From assembly GCA_002269645.1 (NCBI GenBank), contig NIVC01004938.1, positions 1-30,735 on the forward strand: a stretch of 30,735 nt of DNA, read 5' to 3'. The notes beneath the pieces are model-generated. The model saw nothing but the letters and a program-made list of their open reading frames with translations. It ran no database searches and was not told the DNA's origin. The stretch's first letter is position 1; each line of letters opens with the position of its first letter. The position numbers were made by a program, and so were the translations under genes. The DNA comes from Macrostomum lignano (lineage: Eukaryota). Positions 29,130 to 30,735 of the stretch are shown piece by piece.

Positions 29130-29642
29130 CAGAAGAGAGAAGAGATCAGATAGGAGAGATTAAAGAGGAGAAAGGAGAGATGAGAAAGCAGAGACGAGAA
29201 ATGAGACAGTAGAGCTAGAACAGAGGAGAGAGGAGAGGGAAGAGATTATAGAGACGAGTGGAGAGAGAAGAGAAATATGTGAGAGCAGACATGAGAGACA
29301 ATGGGAGAGAAGTGGAGTGAAGGAGAAAGGAGAATAAAGGGGAGAATTGAGAGGACAGGAAGAGAGTGGAAGGGAGAGAAGAGAGATGAGAGGAAATAGA
29401 AGAATGGAGAAGGGAGAGAGTAGAAAGGAGAAGAGAGATGGGAGAGCAGGAGAGATGAGAGGGAGGAGAGTAGAGAGGGGAGGTGAAAGAGTAAAGGGGA
29501 AAGTTGAGAGAAGAGTTGGGAGAGTTGGGAAAAAAGAGGAGAGATGTTAAAGGAGAGTACAGATGAGAGATGAGAGAGAGGAGATAAGACAGGAAATAAA
29601 TAATAGGAGAGAGGGTCGAGATGATAGAGGAGAGAGAATTAG
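29130..29642. repeat. GA-rich polypurine low-complexity tract
   Basis: Almost exclusively A/G on the + strand. Confidence 0.9.
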
Positions 29643-30199
29643 AATTTTGCACTGACCTACGAGGTGCGAACAAACACGAGAAATCAAACTGAAATGTGCT
29701 AATTTTAACAGTCCCAGACTTCCATTGTTCCTACAAAATTTTAAACAGCGGGGCAGGACCTCCTGCGGGGCAGACCCATAGAAATTTTTCCAGTTTCCAA
29801 GATAATATTGACTTATAGGGAATAAACACATACCGTACGAGCTCAAATTTGAGCTCAAAGTTCGAGCTCAAATCCTAGATATTTAAACATTGCGCACATG
29901 AGAACGGAGTCACAACATAGTTTGAATATGATGGAAAGCGCATGTAAATAAGCGAAAAGCGTATCCAACGGGCAACACGAGCAATCTTTCAATACGCTAA
30001 TTGGGAGGGGATTAAGCAATCACGGGCTGACTTCCATTCTGCCACTCAGCGGGGGTCAAACGGGAGACTAACTCCTAATAAATAAATTTTCTCAGTCCTA
30101 TAATCTTTAATGACATGACACGGCCTTCACACATGGGGCTCCAAGGCCTCCATGCTCCTTCCAGTGATTTTTTAGAATAGTCTTTGGCTCTTAGCAAAG

Positions 30200-30370
30200 A
30201 GCAAAGAGAGAGCAAAGATGAAAGAGAAGAAAGGTGAGGGAAGATCGACGAGAGAAGATGGAAGAGAGGAGATAGGAAAGAAGAGAAGAGAAGAGAGAGA
30301 GAAGAGAGAGGAAACAAAAGAGAAGATAGAGTTTCAAAGGATCCGAGGGACATAGAGAGAGACAGGAGGC
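30200..30370. repeat. GA-rich polypurine low-complexity tract
   Basis: Almost exclusively A/G on the + strand. Confidence 0.85.
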
Positions 30371-30449
30371 CAGAGATTTTGCCGATACATGTTTCGAAAG
30401 ACAAGTTTTTGTTTGAGTATGACTTCAGATTTTAGAACTAGAATATAAG

Positions 30450-30690
30450 CTGAGCTGAGAGAGAAGATGAAAGTAGAGGCTGAGAGTAGAGAGAGGCTGA
30501 GAGCAGAGAGGGGCTGAGAGCAGAGAGGGGCTGAGAGCAGAGAGGGGCTGAGAGCAGAGAGGGGCTGAGAGCAGAGAGGGCTGAGAGTAGAGAGGGGCTG
30601 GGGATAGAGGTAGAGTGGATAGAGGCTGAGAGTAGATAGAGGCTGACAGTGGAGAGGCTGAGAATAGAGAGGTTGAGAGTAGAGAGGCTA
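30450..30690. repeat. ~16-17 bp minisatellite GCTGAGAGCAGAGAGGG
   Basis: About 12 units degrading at both edges. Confidence 0.88.
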
Positions 30691-30735
30691 GTTCACGTTG
30701 TTCTCAATCCCATTCCACTATACATGTAGTTTTTA

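Noticed and set aside
30100-30190. Minus-strand peptide ILKNHWKEHGGLGAP resembling the LINE RT KxxGGLG motif
   Set aside because: Too short, closed by a stop, and with no flanking RT motifs.

Overview
Eukaryotic (metazoan) genomic DNA, not prokaryotic. My best guess is a Macrostomum-like flatworm, inferred only from the GC-rich exons, 49-nt minimal introns and minisatellite-filled long introns. Three co-oriented minus-strand housekeeping genes fill 386-23220: a 14-exon ELYS/AHCTF1 nucleoporin (23220->6505, about 2,226 aa by my exon sum), a 2-exon RNA polymerase II subunit RPB9 (5286->3241) and a 1-exon DPM3 (699->386). All splice phases were checked by hand. DPM3 appears to lack one base, and ELYS exon 14 changes frame (one missing base or an alternative acceptor). 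Each gene has an AG acceptor 0-8 nt before its ATG, which fits an SL trans-spliced operon. About 11 kb of the first 23 kb is tandem repeat, with a different family in nearly every long intron or spacer. Two intronic arrays are made of units that read GT...CAG on the sense strand, and another carries about 35 GTGAGT donor motifs. Intron 8 holds a tRNA-derived CORE/Meta-like SINE. The right end has an AT-rich block with six exact TAGGCCTA palindromes, a MULE transposase ORF fused in frame to a truncated PHD finger, and GA-rich low-complexity DNA.
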